A stretch of DNA of 63,801 bases, counting the filler, from Trichodelitschia bisporula (lineage: Eukaryota): assembly GCA_010356995.1 (NCBI GenBank). It is 4 parts of 4 records of this genome, joined end to end, with 100 filler letters (N's around TTAATTAATTAA, not from the genome) between each part and the next. Parts side by side here need not be neighbours in the genome. Positions count along the whole stretch, not along the records: positions 31,299 to 56,616 come from ML996716.1; 3 more parts are not named here. One strand, written 5' to 3'. Shown piece after piece: positions 34,222 to 46,791 of the stretch; position 1 is the stretch's first letter, and every line of letters starts with the position of its first letter. The notes under the pieces are model-generated. The model was not told where the DNA came from. It worked only from the letters and a program-made list of their open reading frames with translations, and ran no database searches. The translations under genes were made by a program, and so were the position numbers.

Positions 34222-36110
34222 GATGGTTCAGAGCTGTTAAGACGCTTCATTGCTCAGTCACGAGATGCTGGAGAGGCGAAAAGCTGATGGGAAATGAACC
34301 AGGTCCGCGAGCGACTCGCCCTCAGCTGTGGGATTACTCAGTGCGGGGGGGCTCGGCGCTCCCAGCCCCGTGTACTACGTGGAGGCTGTGATAAGTGCGC
34401 AAAGGCATTCTCGGTCTGTCCTGGCCGTCCAGTAACAGCTGCAGCTGGTCCCGGCACCGGAGGGCGCAGCCTGACCACCGACAGCCTAATCTCGAGGGAC
34501 ACGCTGTCCCCCAACCCCAGAAGGAGGACCAGTGGGAACTCGCCGGGCGAGAAGCGGAGGGAGGGCAGTAGCATCGCAAGCCAAAATGAGTGCAAACGTG
34601 GAGCATCATGTCACTCTCAAAACTGAAGTTGATAGTTTAGTTGACGGCTTGATGTCAAAACTGAGTAGGATGGGATCGGCTTGCAAGGGTCTGACGGGTC
34701 GCGCCTGCGCCTGCGCTTGCGCGAGCCCCACTTTCATCTGCCCCACCGCTCCAGACTGGACACCACCAGCGATCAGCATTGTTAGACGACGTTGAGTAGA
34801 TCTAAGCACCTACGAACCCGCCCGGTGCTTTCCATCTTTGAGGCTAGCTGTGCATAGCTTGAATGCCTCGGCATTGGGAGGATGGTTCGCGGTCCGCTGG
34901 AGTTTAGGACTAGATGCTGGAACCTGTAACTGTTGATGGCGGCCTGAGTGGGCGAAAGCATTGATGGAGGGTAGGTGATGTAGGCAACGCTCAGTCATAG
35001 ACAAAGCGCAAGTAAGCTTTTCAAAAGGTTGGAAAAGGACAAAGAAGACAGCAGCGTCGCGGGGCCCTCAGCAGTATGCAAACAGTAGTCCCATATCGCC
35101 TTCCACTGTCCTGGTCAATACCTGTCCCTAGGCCCAGTGTTGACCGTCACTCCCTGCCCAACTCACAGTTGGGTCCCTTTGTCATGGGCGGATATACCAT
35201 CTCTCCCATGTCAAATCGCCACATACCCTGTGTCGGTCACGTGACTCGGTAAGCTTGATGCCTGATCCCTCCAATTCCAGCCCGGCTGGACTTGCAGGGG
35301 TGAGGACTTGGCGCAGGCTGTGCGCTAGCACCCCCAAACTCCCCCACACTCCGCATTCACACGCGAAACCTTTACACAGTTCTTCAAGCTTTCAATGAAT
35401 GCTATTCCACAACCAATGCTGTGCAACCAGTGATTTGTGCGCCCCTGACATCTACGTCTTGAGTGCCCCGCTACTGGAGTTTCCCCGCTTCGTTTTCCCT
35501 TCCGCATTCACCTATCCCGATCCAGCATCTCCACTAAAATATGCCTTATATGTCGCGAACCTTTGTGCGAAGGTTCTATAATGATCGCGTCCACGGCGTT
35601 CTCTATGCGATTTTCTCCGTCTTTTGGCTCAGTTCATGTGGGCACTAGCGGGGCTTCGGTCAGATCAAGGTGTCTACAGACAATTCAAAAGGCACCCGAA
35701 GCATTATAGCATGAACGCTCTGACCATGGTAACGGTCTTAGCACCGGCAGAGATGTAGGTTTTCCCCGCGGACGAAAAGGGGCTGACGTCGCAGGGTGAC
35801 CTTCATCCTCGCCACAATCCATATTCTCCTTCATATGCAAGCAGTCGGTCCCAAGAGACGAGACTCCGGACCGCCGCCAGCGTCCTACCAGCGGGGGCAT
35901 CACAATGCCGCCACGCCTCCGCAGCTGTATGCTGAGGGAACACTGGCCCGCCGGAGATGCCGCTTACAGGAACGAAGCGTTAGTTCAAGTCGCCATACTT
36001 TCACCATTGCGGGGCTTGTTGCGATTCTTCTGGGAGGCACGGGTTCAAAATTCTTGGGAATTTGGCAAATCATTCAAGTTTTCGCTTCATTAGTCTACAT
36101 CATGTGCATG

Positions 36111-37230
36111 TCACCCACTCACTCGCCAGTGAATCCCATCCCGAAGTTCGGCCCCGGAATTGAACGCTGCATGGTTCTCGGTGTGCCCAGGGTCGACGTC
36201 AGCACTGTTGGTGCGCGACGGATTGGCATCTGCATCGGACATATCGGCGGAGCCCGTGCCATCGTTGTCCTGATCGCGGCGCTCGAACAAGCCGTCATAG
36301 TTGATCTGATACCGGTGGATGATAACGGTCGTTTTGCTAGTGGGCATCGGCCGAAAGATAGGCCCGGTGGCCAACTCGCGAACTGTACACTCCATGGTAC
36401 AATGTTGAGCACTTGTGTGCGATTCAATGTCCCTGGCGCAGCGGCGCGTTGGCATCGGAATCCATTCGGTCCGAACCTCGGCCCAGTCGTGTGGACCGAG
36501 TTCATATTGCGGGACGGCTTCGCCCATGGCAGGCGCTGTGACAATCATCCGATAAGTGACAAGCTCGCGGTAACGCTCGGCTCGAATCCAGTCACACAGC
36601 TTGTTCACGCCGAAGAGGTTGGCGGTCTCGAGGATGTCCGTGTAAAGTTCAAAGTCCCACCCATCCTGCGCCGTCCACAAGAATGGGAAGCGCCCGGTTC
36701 GAACGTACTCGGCGACGTACTTGAACGGCGTGGCGTGGCCGACAGCGACAAATGTCGGAACGTTGAGATTGGGGAGGAGCGTATGTGGGCGTATCTGCTG
36801 TGGATGCTGGCCGGAGAAGAAGCGCGCAAAGTACGACGAGTGCGTGCACAGCTGTTTGATTGTAAAAGCAAACGATTGACCCCCTACCGCGATGATGACT
36901 AACTTATCGGGGTGCCACTCCTGGAGACTGGCTCATCGAGAAATTTGTCATTTGCAGCGGGCTGAGGCTCGGCCAAACATGGATGGCGGCGTCGATTATG
37001 CACGATGAATGCGGGTGGCCGCCCAACGAACCGATCAGGCACCACTGGCGCCGGTGTGCATCGGCCAGCAGAGGGAAAGATATATCCGTCGTCCAATTTA
37101 GGTGCGCTAACTCCAGATATATGTGCTCCTGGGCCCCATGACGGTCGGCCTCAGCGTAGGGAGTGTTTGTAGCATCGGACGCGTCGGGGACGAGCGGTGG
37201 TAAGCCAGGCTGGAGCCCAGGCGTCGACAT
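36111..37230 (-). CDS. T1/KCTD-type BTB/POZ-domain protein (5' exon link uncertain; possibly frameshifted)
   Basis: The frame upstream of the listed 36111-36680 ORF reads IIAVGGQSFAFTIKQLCTHSSYFARFFSG...FKYVAEYVRTGRFPFLW...DFELYTDILETANLFGVNKLCDWI, a fungal BTB_2 pattern. Joining it to ATG 37230 needs an intron or frameshift near 36930. Confidence 0.6.
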
Positions 37231-37968
37231 GGTGTACTAGAGGCGGTTAGTAAACTTTGATTAAGAAGATGCGCAAACTTTGCGCGTGAAGGATAGTACC
37301 AGTGCTGAAGAATTGCGAGGGTGTGGATGTAGCGGTGCTGAGTGAATACGTGGGTGTGGATGTAACGGTGACGAAGATCTCCGGCCGGTGGCAAGCTGCT
37401 AAAGAGCAACCTCGGAGATCGGATTCTCCGAAGGGTGGATTCTCCGAAGGGCCAGGCAAACATGGCTTTCGACTGATGTTGAGGTTGAGATGAAAGAGTG
37501 GAGGGGGGGCTGGGACGGAAGCGTTGCGGGTGAGAAGATGGTACTCCAGACGAAATGACGATTCACCTTCGAACATCACACCAGGGGGTGGATGATCTAG
37601 ACTGGTGCCCAAAGGAACCCATCAGGGTTCTTGAGCGCATGGCTGACAAAAAGCTGGCATACAGTTTATATAAAACCTATGTTGCTATCCTGTGATGTGG
37701 ACATGATCAATGTGTAGAGCGGCGGGGTGCTTGAATACTTACCAGGAGGTTTAAATAACTTGCCCCCATCTTCCGACGAGGTGGGCATCTATGGCAAGAG
37801 TCAGACGCCTTTGGGATTGTACAAATAAGCTATGACAAGCAATGATTGCAGGCAAGGGATGAACAACGGGCGACAATTTCAGTCAGTGCATTGCTCGGTC
37901 CATTGACGGTGACCTGCATGAAAACCAAGAGTCAAATTACTCAACAAAGTCCATTGCTAGTCGAATAC

Positions 37969-39265
37969 TCAAGCTGCGACCACGCCCTCGCGCCAGTTGA
38001 CCGAAGCCGGGTCATAGTACGGCTTCTCGCCGAGCGACACGACGCGGTTGCCCTGGCGCTTGCCCTCGTAGTCGTTCGTCGCGGTGTGGAAGACCGAGCG
38101 GTTGTCCCAGATGGCCAGGTCGTTCAGCCCCCACTTGAAGCGCACCTGCAGGTCATGGTTCTCAGCAATGATCTGCACAAAGTAGGCCTTGAGGATCTCG
38201 CTCTCGCGCGTCGTTACACCATCAATCCATCCCGCATGCACTTGATGTCCAGCACCAAACAGGCTCTTCCAGCCAGTTACCGGGTTGGTCCGGATTACGG
38301 GATGTGACGCCTGGAAGTCGAGGCCCGTGTTCTCCGGCGCGCCGCGGTCCTGGTCGATCAGCTCGACGCCATGCTTCTTCTGGATGTTGACAAAGTTGGG
38401 CTGGTAATGCGTCGCAGTCAGGCTTTCGGCCAGCTTCTGGATCGGCGCGGACAGCCGGCTGTAGGCTTCATAGCCCGAGGCCCACAGCGTGTCGCCGCCG
38501 GCACCATCCCCCGGGAGCTTGGTGATCTTCAGGATGGCGTAGTCCGAAGGGATGCGCTCAAAGGTGATGCTGTAGATGTCAGCTCGGAGTGGGAAACGCG
38601 GACCCCTGAGATACGTACTCGGCGTGCCAGCCCTCACTGGCTAGGCGCTTGGAACCGACCGAAAAGCGGTCATCGTACAGTTTCCGGTTTTGCTCTGGGT
38701 GTTAGTCTGGTCACAGCTAGCAGATCAAACGGCAGCCTTACCTCAGATGAGATGACACTAATTTCGTCATCCAGACGGCCGTGTTCGTCGACGGCAATGC
38801 CGCGCTTGCTGTTGCTCAGGGCATGGCGGTGCAGCTAGCTTGTCAGTGCATGCCTAAGGGGCGGACTTTCACATACCTTCGAGGTCGCTGGCTTGCCGGT
38901 CAGCTCACCGAGCTTCTGACCTAGAGTCTTCTGGTCATCAACGCCAATGTTCTGGTTGCGGAAGAACACGACGCCGCGCTGCGAGACTGATGCCGTCAGC
39001 ACCACCTTCAACATCAAAGTGGCACCGTACCCAGAATGGCAAGGTCGCGGATCTTGCTGTCATCGCCCAGAATGTCCGTGAGCTGGAGCCTGGGAAACTC
39101 CTTGCCAATGACGGGGGTCACATCATGACTCTCGTACACGTCGAGCGAGCCCGAGTACTTGAGCGGCGCAGGGAGGCGCGTGTTGCCGGTCAGAGACTTG
39201 ACAGGAGCGTCAAGCTTATCCTGAGCGCGCACGGCAAGGTCGAGGTCTGCAGCGGGAGGGGCCAT
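37969..39265 (-). CDS. TauD/TfdA alpha-ketoglutarate-dependent sulfonate dioxygenase (JLP1-like), multi-exon
   Basis: DVTPVIGKEF, QRGVVFFRNQ, GWHAD|ITFE (HxD split by an intron), GGDTLWAS, HPVIRTNPVTGWKSLF, AIWDNRSVFH; canonical GT...AG introns. Confidence 0.93.
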
Positions 39266-40702
39266 ATCTGTGATTGATGCTGATTCTGATGCTGAACTGG
39301 AGGTGCTGATGGATGCGGACGAAAAATGAATGCTCGGAAGGGTCGTATATGCTGTTTTATGTTCAGGTTCCCCGCATTCCAAACACCAAACGCGATGAGG
39401 TGACTTTCACTACAATCGCGTCCATGTCGCGACCCATGCTGATACCAGATCGCGGGTGTTCATCATTGGCGATGATGTGCGATGTCGAGAGCTTTGCGTC
39501 AGGTCAGTCCCGTGATTTCATGCAACATCAACGCGTCTCCGCAGATATCGCCGCTGCTGGACCATTGCTGTCTTGCGAGCATCCAGAAGTCGGATAACCC
39601 GGCACGTTCGTAAATCCCGCTATCTTTGCATCATTTTCACGAGCTCAAGTTTCTCCAATAACTGCGGCGTTGCCAGTAGCCAAGGGAAACGACGATGGTC
39701 ATCCGGGGACGAGCTGGCCTGGAGATACGGATCAAAAGCGGGGTTTGGGATACTAAGCTCATGATAGAAGGCGGGGCGTCTATGTTGTGATGATCAGATG
39801 CATCGAAGCGGCTTGTCGACCACGATGGTAGCGTGTTGTGACTGCGGATGGTGGCTCGGACGCGCGCGGGTGCTTCTTGGTGGGTGAGAATCCCTCCCTG
39901 CGTCAATCGGGATCTTCGACTGGCCAGTGGCGAGGCAATCGGCTCCAAGGCAGGTGAGAGGTGAGACGCGATGGCAATGGACACTGCATGCTGGAGGAGA
40001 GCGAGGTGCAAGGGAGAGAGCTCGTACAAGACTGGATGAGAGGAAGTGAGCAACTCTCCTCTCGCCTTGCCCGAGTTCTTGGGCTACTCGCCCCAAGTGG
40101 TGGTTGTTTACATGTCAAAGATCGCGTGTGATGGGACAACTTGTAGTTGCAAATGCATTAGATGTGAGGAGATGGAGAGGAGAGATGTGGACACCAGCCA
40201 GACCAGCCAGATCAGCCCTCTGGTAAACCTTGGCCAGGCATCCTTGGCATGAGGCCTACCCTCATGCCTGAAGCAAATCTCAGCCTTCGGTATCAAGAAC
40301 TCCCCAACAGTCATCATGCGTTCCATGATACTACACACGCCATACTTCCGAATGCTGCTGAAGTCGTCCAAGTACGAATTTGTGTTAGAAGGCTCCTAAT
40401 TCCGCGGTTCCAACAAGGGGATACTTATATCCTCCAATTGTTGCTGCAGCATACAATGTCCTGAATCCCGCTTTGACTATCATCCACGCTGGGTTCCTGA
40501 CACAACACTAGGCATATGGGACCGACTTTCGCCCTTGGCCATTAATGAAAGTATTAAATTATCAATTATCTAGTCTATATTATGCTGCCTCAAGGCGCAA
40601 CCTCGCCAGCCCAGCTCCCTGCGTACGCCCGCTACCATCTTCCGCAGCCGATATTGATGCATACCATCTCTTTACCCATCGACCACTTGCAGCCTTCACA
40701 CA

Positions 40703-41353
40703 CTACCCAGCAATTTGTTCGTCTGAGTCATCAATGGGCTCACTCGGGATGATCGAGGGCCCCGAAAGAGTCTCCGCCGACTGCATCTCGTCAAGCTGAC
40801 GCGTGAGGTAGGCGGTGATCGCATCCTCGACAGTGTAACCATCGTAGAAAGCGAAGTTGGAAGCCAAGTAGCACTGGCCATCCTTCCACGCAACATGGTC
40901 GCAAACCTGAAGGCCGAGCTTGTTGCACTCGCGGACGCACTCGTTCAGAGAGCCCTTGGCCACCGAGCCGAAAGGATTGCCCTCGTGGGTCACGCCGCAG
41001 CGAATGATCCACTGCGAGCCGTCCTTGAGTGAGTATTGCTTGCGATCGTCACCCGGGCAGGTGAGCGAGATGGTTTCAGAGACTGAGGTTGATCCCGAGG
41101 CGGCCATCGTGGCGTGCTCCGCGCGGCGAACCTTATGCTTTGCCGCTGGGGCTGGGGCGGCAGTGCCAGCGTTCATGGAATTCTGGACGGTGACTGTCTC
41201 ATCCACTTGGACCGTGGTCGCCGCATGGCGGATCATTGTCTCGTAGCCAGATTGGGCAAACGAGTCTGCGTCCACAGACGAGTCGGCCGAAGCCATGGTG
41301 GCGGCCGAAGCCAAAGAGGAGGCCAAAGCGGCACACAGGATCGAAGTCTTCAT
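40703..41353 (-). CDS. Secreted protein with a Cys-rich PAN/apple-like domain
   Basis: Signal peptide MKTSILCAALASSLASA; six-Cys pattern CP...IRCG...ECVRECN...CDHVAW...CYL. Confidence 0.75.
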   Translation of the reverse strand: MKTSILCAALASSLASAATMASADSSVDADSFAQSGYETMIRHAATTVQVDETVTVQNSMNAGTAAPAPAAKHKVRRAEHATMAASGSTSVSETISLTCPGDDRKQYSLKDGSQWIIRCGVTHEGNPFGSVAKGSLNECVRECNKLGLQVCDHVAWKDGQCYLASNFAFYDGYTVEDAITAYLTRQLDEMQSAETLSGPSIIPSEPIDDSDEQIAG

Positions 41354-42147
41354 AGTGAAGTTGTTGTCTTGAAGTGTGGTTGTTTAGAAGACGTGAAGCT
41401 GGGGGACTTGGAGATTGTTGTGGAGTCGAGTTGAGAGTTGCTGGTGCGGAAAAGAAAGTTGATGGAGGGAGAAGCCGCAGCCTCTTATCAGCGAGAAGCG
41501 GGATGATTCAAAGGGGGGGGTGGAAAGCGACACGCAGTCGAACCAGAGATGGCTTCTACGTCTGTTCTTCTACAACGGGAAAAAGGCTTCAGGTAACGCC
41601 AGTATGCCGATATGGATCCTGCGTGAAACCCTCAAGTTATCGGTCCGCCAGCGTCACAATCGGGCCCTGGTCACAGTCAGTCCGATCCCCAGTCCACAGA
41701 GCAATCCACACGCCAACTAGAAGACTTCATGCCACTTAGGTCCCAGTCATAGCCTGATATCCGGTCCGGTTCACACGGCAATCCATATACTAACTGGCAC
41801 ACTCCGATTTGCCTCACTCTTCCATCTCTGGTTCCCTAAATCCAACACGTTCCTGTTTATAATTAGCGTACCACGACCCTTGATTCGTCAGTCGGCCGCG
41901 TCACATCAGGTCCTAGGTAAAGTCAGTTCAACCTCCGGTCCAATTCACAGTGAAATCCATAAACTTACTGGGAAAACTCCACGTCACCCACTCCTCCATC
42001 CCTCATCTTCCAGCTTCCAACAGTTGACTGGTCACATAATCAGAACCACGAGCAGCACGCACTAGAACCCGAGTCAAGGAAACGGCTAGTATTACACTTA
42101 AAGATAGACGTGCCCAACCCGCAACCCATGCAACCATCGGAAGCTGA

Positions 42148-45100
42148 TCATGTCTTCTCTGCTGCCTCCCCTCCGGTTCCTGACACCTGCTTGCCCTCAC
42201 CTGCAAGCTCCTTTCCTGCATCCCCATTGCCCGCGTCTTTCTCCAACACCTTCCCCGCCCCCTCCCTCTGTTTCAGCGCCGCCTCGAGAACCGCCAGCTT
42301 CTCCCGGGTGACGCGTACCGCCTCCTGAGCCTCCCGCTCGCCCCCAACAGCGGCCAGCTTACTCTTCATCTCCCGCACCTCCGCCTCAACTCCTGGCCCG
42401 CGGTACAGCAACGCTTCGGCCCCAGTCCGCTCCTCGAGCCACGTCCAAAGACCCTCCTCCTCGCCCTTCCACATCGCCTCGTACGCGGCAACGCGCGCGG
42501 GCTGGTAGTCCCACGGCGCAAGAACACCCCGCGTCGCCGCTGGCCCGGCCCGCCATAGCCGCCACGTAAGCAGCAGCACCATGACCGTGAGAAACCCGAT
42601 CAGCTGCGGCGTGCTAATCATTCCACCGACAAGCGACGTAATCGGTTCGAGCGGCATGCGTAGCGGCTCGAACAAGCCCCACGACTCGCTTCTAGATGCG
42701 GCGGGTTGCATGACCTCAACGTCAGCAGTCGGCTCGGCCTCGCGTCGGCGCTTGCCGCCCTTCTTGCCCGCTTTCCCAGGCCGCAGCGTGGGCTTGACGG
42801 ATACGGCAGCGCGAAGGGCTGCGACCAGGTCTTTGGCGTACTGCGTTTGGCCGTCGTTGGCGCCCTTTTCAATCGGGCCTGCAACTGTTAGTAACCAGCC
42901 CAAGAGAAAAGTAAAAGACTCACCCCTCAACCAGCTCTTCCCCGACCATTCAATCGTGCACGTGCTGATCAACCGTGTCTGGTTGTTCGCCGCCCACATC
43001 AGGCAGTAGCGGGTCTTGACGACAAAAATGTTGCCGCTTGGCACGTCCGGGTTCTGCGTGCTGCAGCCGATCGTCACTGCACGCTCCAGGTCAAACTGCT
43101 CCAGAGTCTGGCTGATGATGCATTTCGTCTGCTTCGGTCCGATGCTCCCGTTCAGCGGCTTTATGTAGCTGTACGTCATTGTCTTGGTGTCCGGCCCAAG
43201 GCCCTTCTTGTCGTCCTCGAGCTGCAGCTCCAGCGACTTTTGGTCCTCCACCAGCCACTTTCGCATAAAAGTGCCGCTCGCTGGCCCAAACATCAAGCTA
43301 TAAACCTTGCCGAGTGGCGCCGGGATAACCGTGTCCGTCAGCAGCTTGTCGTAGTGTTGCGCCGAGTCGCCACAGTCGGTGGCCTCATGCGTCACCGGCC
43401 CGGGAAAATCCTGCGACTGCGAGGCCGCTTCCTCGGCCTTCGCAGCCGGGCTCGTGGGCCCAAAGGCGGCTGCTGACGCCTTGCGCGCGAGTACCTTTGC
43501 AGCTGACTGCTCGGTCGCAGGCTCAGAGCCGGCAACGCTAAAAGCCGCACCGTCATCGAATGATACATCCATGTCTGCCTCGTCATCCTCTTCGGCGTCC
43601 TCGTCGTACACATCTTCCGACACAGAGCCGTCATCGTCCGCGACGGAGCCCGCCTTCTCTGTCTTGTCACCAGTGCCAGTTCCCTCGATTGGCGTGCCGT
43701 TGAGCGATGACCGCAGATTGGGATGCGTAATCTTCCAGATGTTGATGATCAGCCCGTACGTCGTGTCGCGGTTGAGTAGCGACGCAAAGACATTGCGCGC
43801 GTGCAACGTTTGGATAACGATGCCATTTTGGAAGATGACAGCGGTCGACTTTTTCTCCACCGCAATCACCTCTTCAAAACTGATGACCAGGTTCGTGACC
43901 CATCCTAAAATGTTGCTGGAGAAGCACACGTGCCCTTCGGAGATGTAGAGCCGGCCGTGAAGCAGGATATCCCGCTGGAGCGCCGCGCTGTAGTCCTCGA
44001 TCAGGTAGTCGTCGTCGGGCACGCTGCGAAATAGTGCATGGAAGTCGCGGTTGCGCTTAGCATCAGCTACCGCGAAGCCCGTCGGCCGCGCGAGCGTGTT
44101 GGTCGACGGGCTCAGCAGGCCAGGTGGGACGGTGGGCCCCGTGGCAGCCGAGCTACCGCGAGTTCGGCGTCTGCGGCTGCCGCTGAGCCTGCTCCGCACG
44201 CTGCCAGCGCGTCGGATGCCGCTTTCCTCGGGCGCCGGTGCGGCCTGCTCCTCGGGGCGACTCAGCTCACCAGCGAGCGGCTGCTCGGTGTACGCAATGG
44301 ACACGGCACGTGCAGCGGCATCTACTTCCGCCTTGGCCGCGCGGTCGTCGCGCTGCTCTGTCGTCGGCTCATCCGTAAAACCCAAGTGCTGCAGGCTCAA
44401 ATTCCCCGACCCAAGCGTCTCAATCGCCGGCTGGCGCTGCGCGCTGGTGTCTACCTGCGCTTCTTCCGGCAGTATAACCTCCTCTCCTCCGGCTTGTCCT
44501 CTCTCGTCCGGCCCTCGCTTCGTGTTCGACGATGCAATGGTATTCGATAGCGAGTTGGCTGCATTCTGCGCCGCTGAGAACATGGACGAAAAGAACCCGC
44601 CCGTCGCATTGGGCATGTTCTGAGGCGCGGCAAACCCCCCTCCCGGGGTCTTCACCTCCTCTAAAGCAGGCGTCAGGGGCGCCGACATGGCATTGGAGAG
44701 CTTGCTGGGCTGCGTAGGTGTCGACTTTGCGCGCTTGTGCGAGGTCACGCTCTTCTGCGACCGCGAACTGACCTCCGACTCTGCATCCGTCTTCTCGTCG
44801 ATGGCAGCCGCCAGACTGGCGGCTTCCCGATGCGTGTCCGTCGGCGTCGGCGGAGTGACGAAGGTGGCGGGCCCGTTGCTGTTGGGTGGCGTGGCGGGCG
44901 GGTCAGTCAAGATGGGTCGCGGGGCTGGCGCCTTCGGAGACGGTGTCTGCTGCAACGGTTCTTGGAACAACGGGCTGTCAAACACCTGCGAGACCACCGG
45001 GGCGGACGGTGGACTCGTCACTGCCCGCCCACGCTGCTTCTCCTTCTTCTGCTCCTCCTCCTCCTCCTCCTCCGCCTCCCTACGAATATTGGACCGGGAG

Positions 45101-46273
45101 CGGCGACGTGATGGCACAAAGGCGTCCTTTAGGCGGCCGACGGGCGAGGGACTGCGACGCTGCGACGAGCCGGAGGTGACCGGTCGGAGCGTATTGAAGT
45201 CGGACGGTGGGCGCGCGATGGGGCTTTCTGTGGCGGAATCCACGGTTCTGGCTGTGATGAGAGGAGACGAGAGCGTCAGGAATCCCGCGTGCGACTGGTG
45301 CGGCGAGATGACGGGGCGGACGGGGCTGGCAGTTCAAGAGTTCGGTTGTCAGCTGGGGGCGGTCAAAGCGCGGAGAGAAGATGGTATGTGCTTTGCAGAT
45401 GACGAACAACAGCAGCAGCAGCGGCAGCAGCAGCGAATAGAAATTATGGTAAGAAGAATGAGAGGTTTGGAGACAGAAGAAGATGATTCAACGAGTCGAA
45501 GGTGGAAGACTTGATGCTTTGTTTCATCCACAGCTCTTCCCCGTCATCGCTGGGGGGGTGGGGGAGGGGGGAGTGAGCGTGAGCCGCAGCTTTAGGACTC
45601 CAACCAATGGTAAGAAGCTAGACGGAGATGGGGAAGGTGGCGACTTGCGCGCGCGTCTCACTGGTCTGTTTGAGGGGGATGTGCAGCGAGGAAGCGATGA
45701 GATGAAGCTGAGAGCTGAAAGAGGGAGGGGAATTGATGACTACGTGCGGGAATAATGAGGCCCTAAGAGAGAAGCAGAGAGAGGAATATGTGAATGGAGA
45801 AGAACAGGCACAGAACAAGCAGAAACGGGAATAAGAAGAGAGGAAGCAACTCACTCATGATGCCCCTCATCGTCTGTGAACGCCCCGCTGCTATTATCCT
45901 GTGACATGGACAACTGCACATTGCCAAGTGTCTTCGATTCTTGCTGTTGAGGTTGCGATTCGATGCTGGTGCTGCTATTGCGCATTGCTGTCGGTACTCC
46001 TCCAGCCCCCCACGGCACCACTCCGCCGTTCACGATCGGGCCAGCGACGTTCACGCTCGCGCTGCGTCGGCGTCGCGACTTGCTCGAGAGCAGCGCAGCG
46101 AGTTTGCGCCCTCCGGTCTCGTCGGCCTCGACTGGTGCGCCATTGGTGTTGGTCGATGTCAAGCTGGTGAGCGACGCCGTCTCTGAATGCTGCGATGCGA
46201 CCGACGTGCCTTTGCGTCGTTTGAAGGCGTTGGTCAGCCTCTGACGAGACGAAGGCGAGCCTGTAGAGTCCAT
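42148..46273 (-). CDS. GRAM + VASt/StART-like membrane-contact sterol-transfer protein (Lam/Ltc/Ysp2 family); introns 45854-45248 and ~42924-42880
   Basis: GRAM: RNRDFHALFRSVPDDDYLIEDYSAALQRDILLHGRLYISEGHVCFSSNILGW. VASt: SYIKPLNGSIGPKQTKC, NPDVPSGNIFVVKTRYCL, WSGKSWL. C-terminal TM segment. The upstream exon (ATG 46273) splices in frame via GA|GTGAGT...CTGAC...CCAG|A. Confidence 0.9.
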
Positions 46274-46791
46274 GAGGCTATGACGATGCGCGCATGGCAA
46301 TCAATAAGGGAGTGCTGCGGATTCAGAAGAGTACAGTACTTGTAGGCGTAGAAGTACGTAGTAAGGATGTAGAACTACAGTATCCCAGGATGAAAAGAGT
46401 TGGCACAATTGGGCAATGGTCAAGAGAAGAGGCGATATGTGCGTTAGGATGGTTTCTGCAACTGTCGTACTGTGGTATGTCTTGCGGTATGCTTATGGCA
46501 AAAGGTTCAAACAAACGATGTCCTTTCTCTCAGGCCATCCTCCCCTCCCCCCTCTTCACTCTCGCTCTGTCCCGCCTCCCATCACTTCAGCTGCAATCAA
46601 GTAGGCACTAGCCCCTTCGTGCTACTCTCGCCAGCTAGGATACTGTATGCCAAGACAAATGACATCGTTGCCAGTCATTCGTCTCGTGTCTCCCGTGAAC
46701 CACCAAAACACCCGAAACACCAAAGCGTCAAAATACTCGGACATCACCAACTCATCGCCCTCGAGTCGCACTCTTTCCTCTTCGCGCCATC

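Noticed and set aside
35796..36902. 368-aa plus-strand ORF
   Set aside because: Antisense shadow of the BTB gene, with a GTG start and no motifs.
37731..37750. TTACCAGG as the right boundary of Starship A
   Set aside because: A 4-6-bp match is expected by chance; there is no supporting inverted repeat, and a contig linker intervenes.
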